NCBI GenBank assembly: GCA_965178125.1
Contig: OZ237769.1
Coordinates: forward strand, 186,001-250,000
Reading direction: 5' to 3'
Length of the DNA stretch: 64,000 nucleotides
From: Bilabrum cf. latius
Lineage: Eukaryota
Positions 1-10,050 of the stretch are shown here, in pieces. The position numbers were made by a program, and so were the translations under genes. Positions within the stretch are counted from its first letter, which is position 1, and every line of letters starts with the position of its first letter. Below the pieces are notes generated by a model. The model made no database searches. It was not told the origin of the DNA and worked only from the letters and a program-made list of their open reading frames with translations.

Positions 1-1045
1 CCGAAGCGCCCCGTTGGTCTTGAGCGCCTCCGCCAGGCCGCACGCCCCCTCGTCCCCTACCTTGGTGCCATTGAGAAACAGTACCCGAAGCGCCCCGTTG
101 GTCTTGAGCGCCTCCGCCAGGTCGCACGCCCCCTCGTCCCCCACCTGGGTGCTACCGAGATGCATCTCCCGAAGCGCCCCGTTGGTCTTGAGCGCCTCCG
201 CCAGGCCGCACGCCCCATTGTCCCCCACCTGGGTGCCATTGAGATCCAGCACCCGAAGCGTCCCGTTGGTCTTGAGTGCCTCCGCCAGGCCGCACGCGCC
301 TTCGTCCCCCACCTGGGTGCGACCGAGATCCAGCTCCCGAAGCGCCCCGTTGGTCTTGAGCGCCTCCGCCAGGCCGCACGCCCCATTGTCCCCCACATTA
401 GTGCCATTGAGAAACAGTACCCGAAGCGTCCCGTTGGTCTTGAGCGCCTCCGCCAGGTCGCACGCCCCCTCGTCCCCCACCTTGGAGTCACCGAAATGCA
501 TCTCCCGAAGCGCCCCGTTGGTCTTGAGCGCCTCCGCCAGGCCGCACGCCCCCTCGTCCCCCACCTGGGTGCCATTGAGATCCAGCACCCGAAGCGTCCC
601 GTTGGTCTTGAGCGCCTCCGCCAGGCCGCACGCCCCCTCGTCCCCCACAATGGTACCACTGAGATCCAGCTCCCGAAGCGCCCCGTTGGTCTTGAGCGCC
701 TCCGCCAGGCCGCACGCCCCATTGTCCCCCACATTAGTGCCATTGAGAAACAGTACCCGAAGCGTCCCGTTGGTCTTGAGCGCCTCCGCCAGGTCGCACG
801 CCACATCGTCCCCCACATTGGTGTAATACAGATGCAGCTGCCGAAGCGCCCCGTTGGTCTTGAGCGCCTCCGCCAGGCCGCACGCACCCTCGTCCCCCAC
901 CTGGGTGCCAAAGAGAGTCAGCACCCGAAGCGCCCCGTTGGTCTTGAGCGCCTCCGCCAGACCGCACGCCCCCTCGTCACCCACCGTGGTGTAATTGAGA
1001 CTCAGCTTCCGAAGCGCCCTGTTGGTCTTGAGCGCCTCCGCCAAA
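1..1045. repeat. 84-bp tandem repeat (~12 units) with a 336-bp higher-order period, coding for the LRRs
   Basis: The core CCGAAGCGYCCCGTTGGTCTTGAGCGCCTCCGCCAGG recurs at 1, 85, 169, 253 and onward. The variable part cycles every 4 units. Confidence 0.95.
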
Positions 1046-1308
1046 GCTAATACGCCCCGATCACTAACGGATCCAGAGCAAGACAGTGTAGCGCAAGTCG
1101 TGTTGTCGGCAAGCAACTCTGCCACAGCTATGGCTTTATCATCGGATACAATGTTCACTTCATTTGTCCCGCTCAGAAGATGGTGGCAAGCCTGCAGAAG
1201 TGCAGAGGGCGGTGAACGGCATAGGATGGAGCCACTCAATGGACGCAGCGGATGCGTTCGGTTGGTACACCCATGACTCACATTTTGGTCTCGCCCCCTT
1301 CCCGACAT
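1..1308 (-). CDS. RNI-like (28-aa) leucine-rich repeat protein, 3' end runs off the window
   Basis: A minus frame missing from the ORF track reads ...VSDRGVLALAEALKTNRALRKLSLNYTTVGDEGACGLAEALKTN..., repeated every 84 bp. The ATG is at 1308, with a probable phase-0 intron at 1281-1192 (GTGAGT...CTGCAG). Confidence 0.88.
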   Translation of the reverse strand, partial: MSGRGRDQNVSHGCTNRTHPLRPLSGSILCRSPPSALLQACHHLLSGTNEVNIVSDDKAIAVAELLADNTTCATLSCSGSVSDRGVLALAEALKTNRALRKLSLNYTTVGDEGACGLAEALKTNGALRVLTLFGTQVGDEGACGLAEALKTNGALRQLHLYYTNVGDDVACDLAEALKTNGTLRVLFLNGTNVGDNGACGLAEALKTNGALRELDLSGTIVGDEGACGLAEALKTNGTLRVLDLNGTQVGDEGACGLAEALKTNGALREMHFGDSKVGDEGACDLAEALKTNGTLRVLFLNGTNVGDNGACGLAEALKTNGALRELDLGRTQVGDEGACGLAEALKTNGTLRVLDLNGTQVGDNGACGLAEALKTNGALREMHLGSTQVGDEGACDLAEALKTNGALRVLFLNGTKVGDEGACGLAEALKTNGALR

Positions 1309-3392
1309 GTAGCTAATGATACAGAAACGGGTAGTCGAATGGTGCTGCAGAATCTGATCGTAGGCATATGCAGTTTAAAGTAGCGAACGAACGAACGAAC
1401 GAATCTTGATTTTCGAGCAATCATCACACTCAGAATGATCCTAACACCTAACAAATATCAGATGATGAAACCATTCCTTTGGCCATGCCCACCCAGAAGG
1501 CAAAAACAAAAGAAAATCCTTTGTAGCCCGTGTGCGCGATCCGGGGATCCGGAGTCCGGATGGAAGCTTCGAGTGGCCGAACACAGCTGCACTGCACTCC
1601 GGTTCCGCTAGTCGCCGCCACCTCATTCATCCCATTGCAGTCCCACACCCCTCTGCAATCCCACTTCCCCCTATCACTCTCTTCCCCATCTGCGTCTCCT
1701 TACTCGATCTGGCACAGAGGTTCCAGGTGTCTACAGCGCTAGTGGATTTGGGCGGGGGCCACGTGCTGGCGCAGTTCCGCTGCGCCCGCCGCCTAGTTCC
1801 GCACATGCTCCGCTCGTGGGGTAACCCCGCGGAGCCGCTCGGAACAAAGGTGCACGTAACCCCGCTGGGACCCCCCGGGGTCGCTTGCGCCCCCGGATAG
1901 CCCCATCGCCGCAGGCCCGACCTAGGGCGGCATCTGTAGCACTAGTAATACTCTGTACCTGAGCAGGTGACACCTTCTGGATCCTCCTCCATCCGCCGCA
2001 TGGACGAGGTCCGATCCAGTCGGCACCACCAGGCATGGTCGCCCCCGGCTTCAATCGATGGGGATCCCCGCAGGTCTCCCACCACACCGACGACTTGAAG
2101 TTGCTGTGGGCCCTACGTCCTCGCAGGGTGATCCGCAGCCCGGTGTGCCATCGCAGGATTCGCCCCGCTCCTTCCAGACGGATGGGTGGCCAGACTGCCC
2201 GCCCCGGCAATCCTCTACATCGCTGTCCGCCTGAACCGGGCCCTGCTCTCTGCTGTGCAGGAACCACCAGAAAATGGGCAGTGCATGCAGACCCACCCGC
2301 ATGCACTCCCCACCTCCGATGTCCTGGGCCGGGGTGAGCTATCCACACCTTTGAGGCAAGTCAGTGAGTGCGTAGCTCTTCCGACTCGCGTCTATGCCGA
2401 CGTGCCCGAGGGTGTCTTTCGACCCCACGGGACCCAGCCGACGTGGTGTTTCCTGCCCAACCATCACCGAGCCACCGCTCTGGTGGGGTTATCACCCCCC
2501 ACCGCGGCCGTGGCTCACGCCGTGGACTCAGCATTTACCTTCCTTCGCGGCGACCAGACCCGACTGACCAAGGGTGCCCTACGCACCAGGTGGCACTTAC
2601 GTCACACCCGGAGCTGACTAGTCCCCTACCACGGGGATCATCATCAGCACCGCCAGAGCCCGGCAAGTCTACTAGTACGTGCGAGCTACCGGGGTGGGCG
2701 ATGGTAGGATCGCCCCTTGGCGCGTCACCCACTGAGAGCGTGGACGCCGCCGTGCATGAGCGACGTGCACGGGCCCAATGGGTTGGTCTGGCCACCACTA
2801 GGGAAGGGCACGGTCCGAGATGTAATAGCACCTCGCGTCTGCGATCCTGGATGTTTATCTGGGAGGTGGGCTGGGTGGCACCCTCCCAGTTGCTAGTCGG
2901 GGGCTGTTGTTGTGCTGCAATCAACCTGTCGCAAAACAATCATAGGAAAAAGAAAAGGAAAGAAAGGAAAGGAAAGCACCCTGAGCTCTTCGGTGGTATA
3001 CACCTTGAACCTCTGTGGAAGTGAGGTGAACTGCTCGCCGCGCACCCTACGTTCCGTTTCGCTGCGTCGGGCCACTCTTCCGTGGCCTAGGTCGCTTGTG
3101 AACCCAGTCTAGTCGGCCAGTGCACTATGGAAGGGGTCTACTTGATAGACCGGCTGGATAAACCACGGAATATTGGACCTGCAATGTAGAAATTGACCTG
3201 GTAACTGTCACGTCGCTGTCCATTTGGTTTGGCCTTTGGTTGAAGTCGCCTCAATGGCACTCAATCTCCATCTAAGCTTTTTGTGACCGCACGGTGCACT
3301 GTATAGTTGCAGCAACAATGCGTTCGCGAAAACTTCAGCTATTCATGCGAATTATATATACATATGTTTGGAGATTTACGTTGTACGTACTG

Positions 3393-5249
3393 TCAGGCCA
3401 TGCACGGACAGCCGTATCCCTCCGCATCGACGCACGTGCAGTTGCTCACATGCAGCCCCGGCGCCAGCATGTCCACCGTCCTCAGCGGGGCCCTGCCACA
3501 GGCCCTCAGCTGGTTGTCCACGAAGCTCATGTTGGGCGCCCGCATGGGTCCCTCCAGCCAGGCGGGGGCAGGTGTCATCAGTAGCGCGTGGATGCAGGTC
3601 CTCTCGAATAGGTTGCCTTTCACCACTCCTCCCGGGCTCTTGATGCGTCCTGCCGTGCAGAAACCGTCGTGGAAGTGCCCGCCTTCGATGATTGCACCTC
3701 CCGCGCCCCATCCGTCCATGTCCACCACAGTGCCGGGACTCAGCACGAGTCCCAGATCGATGCCCTGCCCTGCCTCCTCCTCCCCCTGCTCTCCCTGTCC
3801 TGCATTCTGTACCCCACTCCCCGCTCTGGCCCCGCTGAACGGCGCCTCGATCGTCACGTTCCAGACCACCACTCCGAACTCCCGTGCCACGCTCAGGCCC
3901 CGTGCGCTCAGCACCTTGTACAGCTGCTTGGCCTTCTCTTGCACGGCCGGGTCTGTGACCTTGACCGGGTCCCTTGCAATCGTCACACCTCCAGCGAGCA
4001 AGGTCGAGTCCTCCGGCTTGTAGAAGCTGAGCGAGCTGCCCCGCTTGGCGTGTTCGAATTGCACAGCGGTGCCGTAATACGTGTTGAGCGGGGGATCGAG
4101 CTGCCACATGTGCGCCAGCAGCGGCTCCACCACGACCACGCTGTACGACTGGCTTGCAGACTGGTGTGACGAGTGAGATGCGTCGCCGTTGGTGCTGCCC
4201 ATGCTGGACAGGGGCCCCGCTTCCAGCACGACCTGCAGGGTGTTGTGCACGTTGAAGTAGTCGTCCCCCGAGTAGCTCAGCTCGCAGTCGGTCAGCCTTG
4301 GCCCCGCCCTGCATCCCGAGGAGTGGAAGGCATCCGAGTTGGCGGCCAAGAGCCTGTCGGATCCAGGCTTCCGGATCAAATTGACCCGCTCGTAGACGTG
4401 CCCGCCCTCCCCGTCAAACTCCGTGATGGCCTTGTTGGAGGCAGCGAAGACCGAGAGGTCGTGGGTCGTGACCCGGCTCGAGTTGGCCACGTTGTACGTG
4501 TAGCCCACCAGCGGGGATAGGGTGAGGAAATCCCCCGCATTGGGGACCTGCCAGCTGGGCTCCCAGCCAGAGACCGTGCTGCATCCCCCTGCGGCGGCCC
4601 CAGAGGCCCGGGCCTAGGCGCACCATGGCGTGCTGCTTGCGTTGCTCACCTAGCCGGGCTCAAACTGCCACGAGTGGACCCCTCCCGCGGTCTGGATGGA
4701 CATCTTCCGCGATGGACCGTGCCACATGATTGCGATCACCTCGCTCAGGGTCGTGTTGCTCCTTTTGGGCCACCATTCGTGAAGCGGAGGCATGCCGGCG
4801 GATGCAACCATCCGCAGCTCGTGCTCCTCTCCAGGATTCGTGAGCGCGACCGAATGGATCTGCCCCTGCCACCATGGGAGCGGGTCGTAATCAATCATAA
4901 GCTGCCGGGAATTGCCCTGGCTGCCGCCGAATCGGACGTTGCTGCAGCTTTTCAGCATTACGCCACCGCTATCAAACACTGTATTGCCTGCTTCAAACAG
5001 AAGCGTGGCTCCAGCCCCAGCAATCGTCATGTTAACTGCTCCATTGATAATGAATGGGACTTTTCCAAAGTTCCAAGCGACTGGCTCGATTGTGAACTGG
5101 CTGTCGCCTCGTTGGATGGCGGCGTCGATGGCCATCTGCAACTGAGATCCTGGTTTGGCTGTTGAACCGGGTGATTCCACTGAGAGCTGGGCGTTTGCAT
5201 GCGAATACTATATACAGAATGCCAAGCTAAGTGATAGGCTCAATGCCAT
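3393..5249 (-). CDS. Secreted right-handed beta-helix glycoside hydrolase, GH110 (alpha-1,3-galactosidase)-like
   Basis: One frame runs from ATG 5249 (MALSLSLSLAFCI*YSHA, signal-peptide-like) through TAGs at 5208, 4650 and 4614 to TGA 3393. The motif NSDAFHSSGCRAGPRLTDCELSYSGDDYFNVH resembles the GH110 catalytic region (D..H..GC...GDD..NVH). Family assignment is from motif recall. Confidence 0.7.
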
Positions 5250-5747
5250 GGTTTCACGCTCTCTGAATGAATACAGAGTGATTCTGACGCGCACCGCAAG
5301 TAGATCCTGATTGCTTCTCCTCCTCCGAGATGCAGCAAAGGAAGCAAAACCGAGCAAAAGCTGCCACATATCTTGCATTTGGCGTACTGATCTTCCTCGC
5401 CCTAGCCTGCATACACCGTCATCCATTCGATATTGGTCTGCGAGTCCCAAGCAGGCAGCTGTCAATAGTAGCCGACCTTCCGCTCGCCTCATTGCGCAGG
5501 TGCCCGCCCCAACGCTGTCCATCGGCAAGAGCGCATTCAGCTCTGACGAATCTCCCTGCCTCACTTTGGCAAGCACGTCTCTAACCCCTACATGCGAGCG
5601 TCTGAACCCATGCTTTGCCACAATACCTTGCCCTTTCGTACGGGTGCAGCACTACTACTACTAGTGCCCAGAGCCCAGAGCCCTCCTCCGGGCCATGCTA
5701 TCCTGTCCCACACCGGGCCCCTGCCTCAATGACCACGACCACTTGCC

Positions 5748-6497
5748 TCAATAACCACCCCTGCCTCGGCCCCGACCCCCGCGCCCCCTACCCCCACCTC
5801 CGCCTCTATACCCCCCACCACCGCCCCGGTAACCCCCCCGGAATCCCCCCCCACCGCCCCTGCCCCTCCCCCTCCCACGTGGTGCCCCCCTGCCCCTACC
5901 CCTCCCCCTGCCTCGTCCTCGGGGAACAACATACCCACCCCCCATGGCACCGCCCGGTGGACCTCCTCTCCCTCGACCCCTTGGAGCGCCAAACCCCCCG
6001 CCGCGGCCCCGCCCTCTTCCGCCTCGAAAGGAGCCGACGTCGGTACCGCCAGCCGCTCCGCCGCCCGCTGCAACACGCTTGCGGGCCACCTGAATGGCTC
6101 GCGATTTCAAGAAGGTCTCGTTGAGTACGGTAGCATTCTAGGCACTATCTTCGTCCGCAAATTCAACGTATGCCTAGCCTCTGGGTTTTCGTGTAAACCT
6201 ATCATAGAGAATCGTGATTCGGGTAATTGTACCAGCGGAAGCAAAGTGGCTTCGGATATCCTCTTCCGAGGCGTTAAAGTCAACATTATTTACATATACC
6301 GATCTAGCATCAGCAGCGGCTTGCTCCTTCCTGGCAGCCTCTACTGCATCCGAATAATCCTTTGCGAGCCGGATGCCATCCTGAGCGGCCGTCCTGGCGT
6401 CGTCAAACTATTTTGATATATCACTATCAAGCGCTTCAAGCGCAGAAATATCAACATCCAAACTGACTAGCGCATCTGCCAAGCTCGACGAAGCCAT
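5748..6497 (-). CDS. PABPN1: Nuclear poly(A)-binding protein (PABPN1/PABP2): RRM plus RGG tail
   Basis: ADARSVYVNNVDFNASEEDIRSHFASAGTITRITILYDRFTRKPRG*AYVEFADEDSA*NATVLNETFLKSRAIQVARKR matches the PABPN1 RRM. In-frame TAGs at 6408, 6174 and 6138, an RG-rich C-terminus, and TGA at 5748. Confidence 0.9.
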
Positions 6498-6672
6498 TAT
6501 GATGAGGTGTATGTAAATCTAGATCAATCGAACGAAATTCTGCCGTCTAATGCATGTGACGAGTGCAAGTCCTTACTGTAGCGTTCGAAGTGTGGTATAA
6601 TTAGTACTCGGCGAACCATGGCAACTGCCATCACAATTGCGCTTGTATCAAGGCGTGTTTTAGGTCTAAAAC

Positions 6673-9070
6673 ATGCCTAAGAAAGATGCAGGTATGGCAA
6701 GAAAGGGAGGAAAGAAGGAAGGCGACGACAAGGTTCGTGTTGCCATTGTGAAGGACGACAAGGTGAGATTATATGAACTTTTGATTGGGTGTCCTGGCAT
6801 CCGCTGCAGTGCCAATATGTTTCCCGCAGACTGCAAGCAAAACTATATTGTTTTGATGAATGCAAAGCTTGTGGTCCCACCTCCGTGGCGTATTCTCTCT
6901 GGTAGGCCGCGGGGCGAGCCGCAGTTGCCGTAGGCTGCGGACCAGCCTGTTCCTCTTCCCATGGATGAGTCTCTTCTGGCATCGTGCCCGCCAATTGGGG
7001 ACCCAGACTGTTATTTTATAGTAAATGATACTTCCATCCCGTTCGTTTCCCACCTTTTAGCCTCAAGGTTGCTGCCATGCGTGCTGTCTTCTTCCTCGTC
7101 GATCGCAGTGCAAGCCCAAGAAGTGCAAGCAGGAGTGCAGGAAGCACTGCCCGGTCGTGCGCATGGGAAAGCAGTGCATCGAAGTCACACCGGCCGACAA
7201 GCTGGCCCGGATCAGCGAGGTGCTGTGCATCGGTTGCGGCATCTGCGTGAAGCGGTGCCCCTTCGGAGCCATCCAGATCATCAACATGCCCTCCACACTG
7301 CAGTCGGAGGTGACCCACAGGTACGGGCAGAACACCTTCAAGCTCCACAGGCTGCCCTCTCCCCGCCCCAACGAAGTCCTCGGCCTCGTTGGCCGGAACG
7401 GGATCGGCAAGTCCACCGCTCTCAAGATCCTGGCTAACCGCCTCACCCCAAACCTGGGCAAGTACGACAGCCCTCCGACCTGGAAGGAAATCATCAAGTA
7501 CTACAGGGGAAGCGACCTGCAGGGCTACTTCAACAACCTGGTGGGCGACAAGTTCCGCGCCCTCCTGAAGATCCAGTACGTGGACATGATCGCCGAGATG
7601 ATGAAGGGGAAAGGGTCCGTCGGGAGGGTCCTTCGGAAGAGGGACAACACGGGGCAGCTGGAGTACATGACAAAGGAGCTGCAGCTCGACCACCTTCTGG
7701 ACCGCGACGTGTCGGTGCTGTCCGGCGGGGAGCTGCAGCGCTTCGCGTGCTGCGTGCTGGCAGTCCAAGAAGGAGACGTCTACATGTTCGACGAACCTTC
7801 CTCCTACCTGGATGTCAAGCAGAGGCTGAAAGTGGCGCAGGTCATCCGTGAGATCGCCACGCAGAACCAGAAGAAGGAGTCGGAGAAGGCGAGCTCAAGG
7901 TACGTCATATGCGTGGAGCACGACCTGGCCGTGCTGGACTACCTCTCAGATTTTATCTGCTGCCTGTACGGCGTGCCGGGCGCGTACGGTGTGGTGACGA
8001 AGCCATTCGGCGTGCGAGAAGGCATCAACATCTTCCTCGCGGGGTACATCCCCACGGAGAACCTTCGATTCAGGGACGAGGAGCTCGATTTCCACATGTC
8101 GGCGCACGTGGACGACACCACCGGTGGGGGCGCAGCCACGGGAGGCGCGGCAGCAGACGGCAAGGAGGGGACCGATGGCAAGGGCAAGTCGGATGCGGCA
8201 AAGGCCTCGCCCGCCAGCGGTGGCACCGGAGGCGGCAAATCAAAGGCCAAGACCAAGATCAGGGCGGATCGGTACCACTACCCCTCCATGACCAAGACCA
8301 TGACGAGCCCGAAGAAGAAGAGCAAGTTCATTCTGCACGTGGAGGCCGGAGGGTTCAACGACTCTCAGATCGTGGTGATGCTGGGCGAGAACGGGACCGG
8401 CAAGACGACCTTCATCAAGCTGCTCGCGGGAATCCTCGAGGCGGACCCCCCGAGCAAGGGCGCCAAGCCCCCCAAGCTCGAGGGCATGTCCATGTCTCTC
8501 AAGCCGCAGAAGATCAACCCCAAGTTCGAGGGCACCGTCCGCTCCTTGCTGCTCAAGAAGATCCCCAAGGCCATGGCGCACCCCCACTTCCAGAGCGTGG
8601 TGGCCAAGCCCCTAGAGGTGGAGGCCATCATCGACAACAGGGTCAAGGACCTTTCCGGTGGCGAGCTGCAGAGAGTCGCCATCTGCCTGTCGCTCGGCAA
8701 GCCCGCGCAGATCTACCTCATCGACGAGCCCTCCGCCTACTTGGACTCGGAGCAGCGGGTGCAGGCTGCCAAGGTCATCAAGCGGTACATCCTGGGAGCC
8801 AAGCGGACTGCATTCGTGGTGGAGCACGACTTCATCATGGCGACGTACCTGGCAGACAAGGTCATCGTGTACGAGGGCGAGCCGGGGGTGGAGGCAACCG
8901 CAACCACGCCCAAGGGACTGCTCGATGGCATGAACCAGTTCCTGCAGCAGCTCAACATCACCTTCAGAAGGGATCCCACGAATTTCCGGCCCAGGATCAA
9001 CAAGAGCAACTCGGACAAGGACAAGGCGCAGAAGATGGCTGGCACGTACTTCTTCATGGAAGAGGACTGA
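6673..9070 (+). CDS. ABCE1: ABCE1/RLI1 ribosome recycling ATPase (Fe-S domain plus two ABC NBDs)
   Basis: Exon 1 is 6673-6762, the intron is 6763-7108 (GTGAG...CGCAG) and exon 2 is 7109-9070. Motifs: [44 protein letters not shown] (twice), [24 protein letters not shown]. Ends in TGA. Confidence 0.98.
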
Positions 9071-9596
9071 GGAAACACGCACGCGAGGGGGGGGGGGGAG
9101 AGTGCAAGTGCAAGTGCAAGGAGACAGACTGCAAGGGTGACTGCACCAGGTGCACATACATGGGACCGGTGGATCGGGTTCAGGTTCAGGTTCAGAGCGG
9201 TATGGCAGGCTGTCCGGCTTGCCTGTGCGGGTGTCCCGAGACGAGTCCGGGTGTGACAATGAGGTCGACAGATCGGATGGGAGTAGTGCAGTGCAGTGCA
9301 GTGCAGTGCAATGCATATGCCTTCACCCGTTCGGAAGTACACGCCAGACCCCGGGAGGCAGACGGTGAGGGGGGTGGCAAAGGCCATCGCCGGGTGGGTG
9401 CTGCCGGAAGTGCCTGGTCTGGCTGGGCCTTGCTGTACCGTTGGCCCGCTGCGCTGCCCAGCGCTGGCCGGCCAACTGACCGCAATAAGAGCCCGGGCGT
9501 TGTGCTGCGTGGTGCCTTCCTTCCTTCCTGCCTTTCTTTGCATGGAACATGGAGCATGACTTTCGCTCGATGGGAGGCGACGGTGCCCCGGCTGTG

Positions 9597-9632
<36 letters not shown>

Positions 9633-10050
9633 TGGTTAGTCGCAGCTTCGACGGTTTAGGAGCTAGGGATTAAGGATTGGATTGGATTGGAGGCACCGTC
9701 TTCAGCAGGCAGTTGTTCAGCTCAATCCTGTCGCCCAGTGCAAAGCATCCCAGTGCCTCTTCTGCGGTGCGCAGCGCTGACCCGCGCCAGACCTTCGCCG
9801 CTGGGCAGGACGGCAGGTCGGTGGGGATGAACCATATACGAAGCATTGGAGAAACAATGCCAGTCTAATTTAGTATGTACATTGGTTGCGCGTCAGTACT
9901 GCCTGCCGTCCAGGTGGCCGGCGGCCGCCGTGGCCGGTAAAACAGCTCGTTACTGCTGGCCAGAAAACCAGTTTCTGCTTGCCGCGAAAGTGTAACAAGA
10001 ACGATCGCCCAGCTGGTGGATCGCAGTTCAGTTGCAGTAACTATAGTTAA

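Noticed and set aside
1-1045. CRISPR-like array (constant repeat plus variable spacer)
   Set aside because: The period is exactly 84 bp, the 'spacers' are similar to one another, and the minus strand encodes 28-aa LRRs. The context is eukaryotic and has no cas genes.
7909-9639. Long overlapping or antisense ORFs in the track (e.g. 7909-9639, 27876-29294, 29543-30835, 36901-38043)
   Set aside because: They are shadow frames of GC-rich real genes and have no recognisable motifs.
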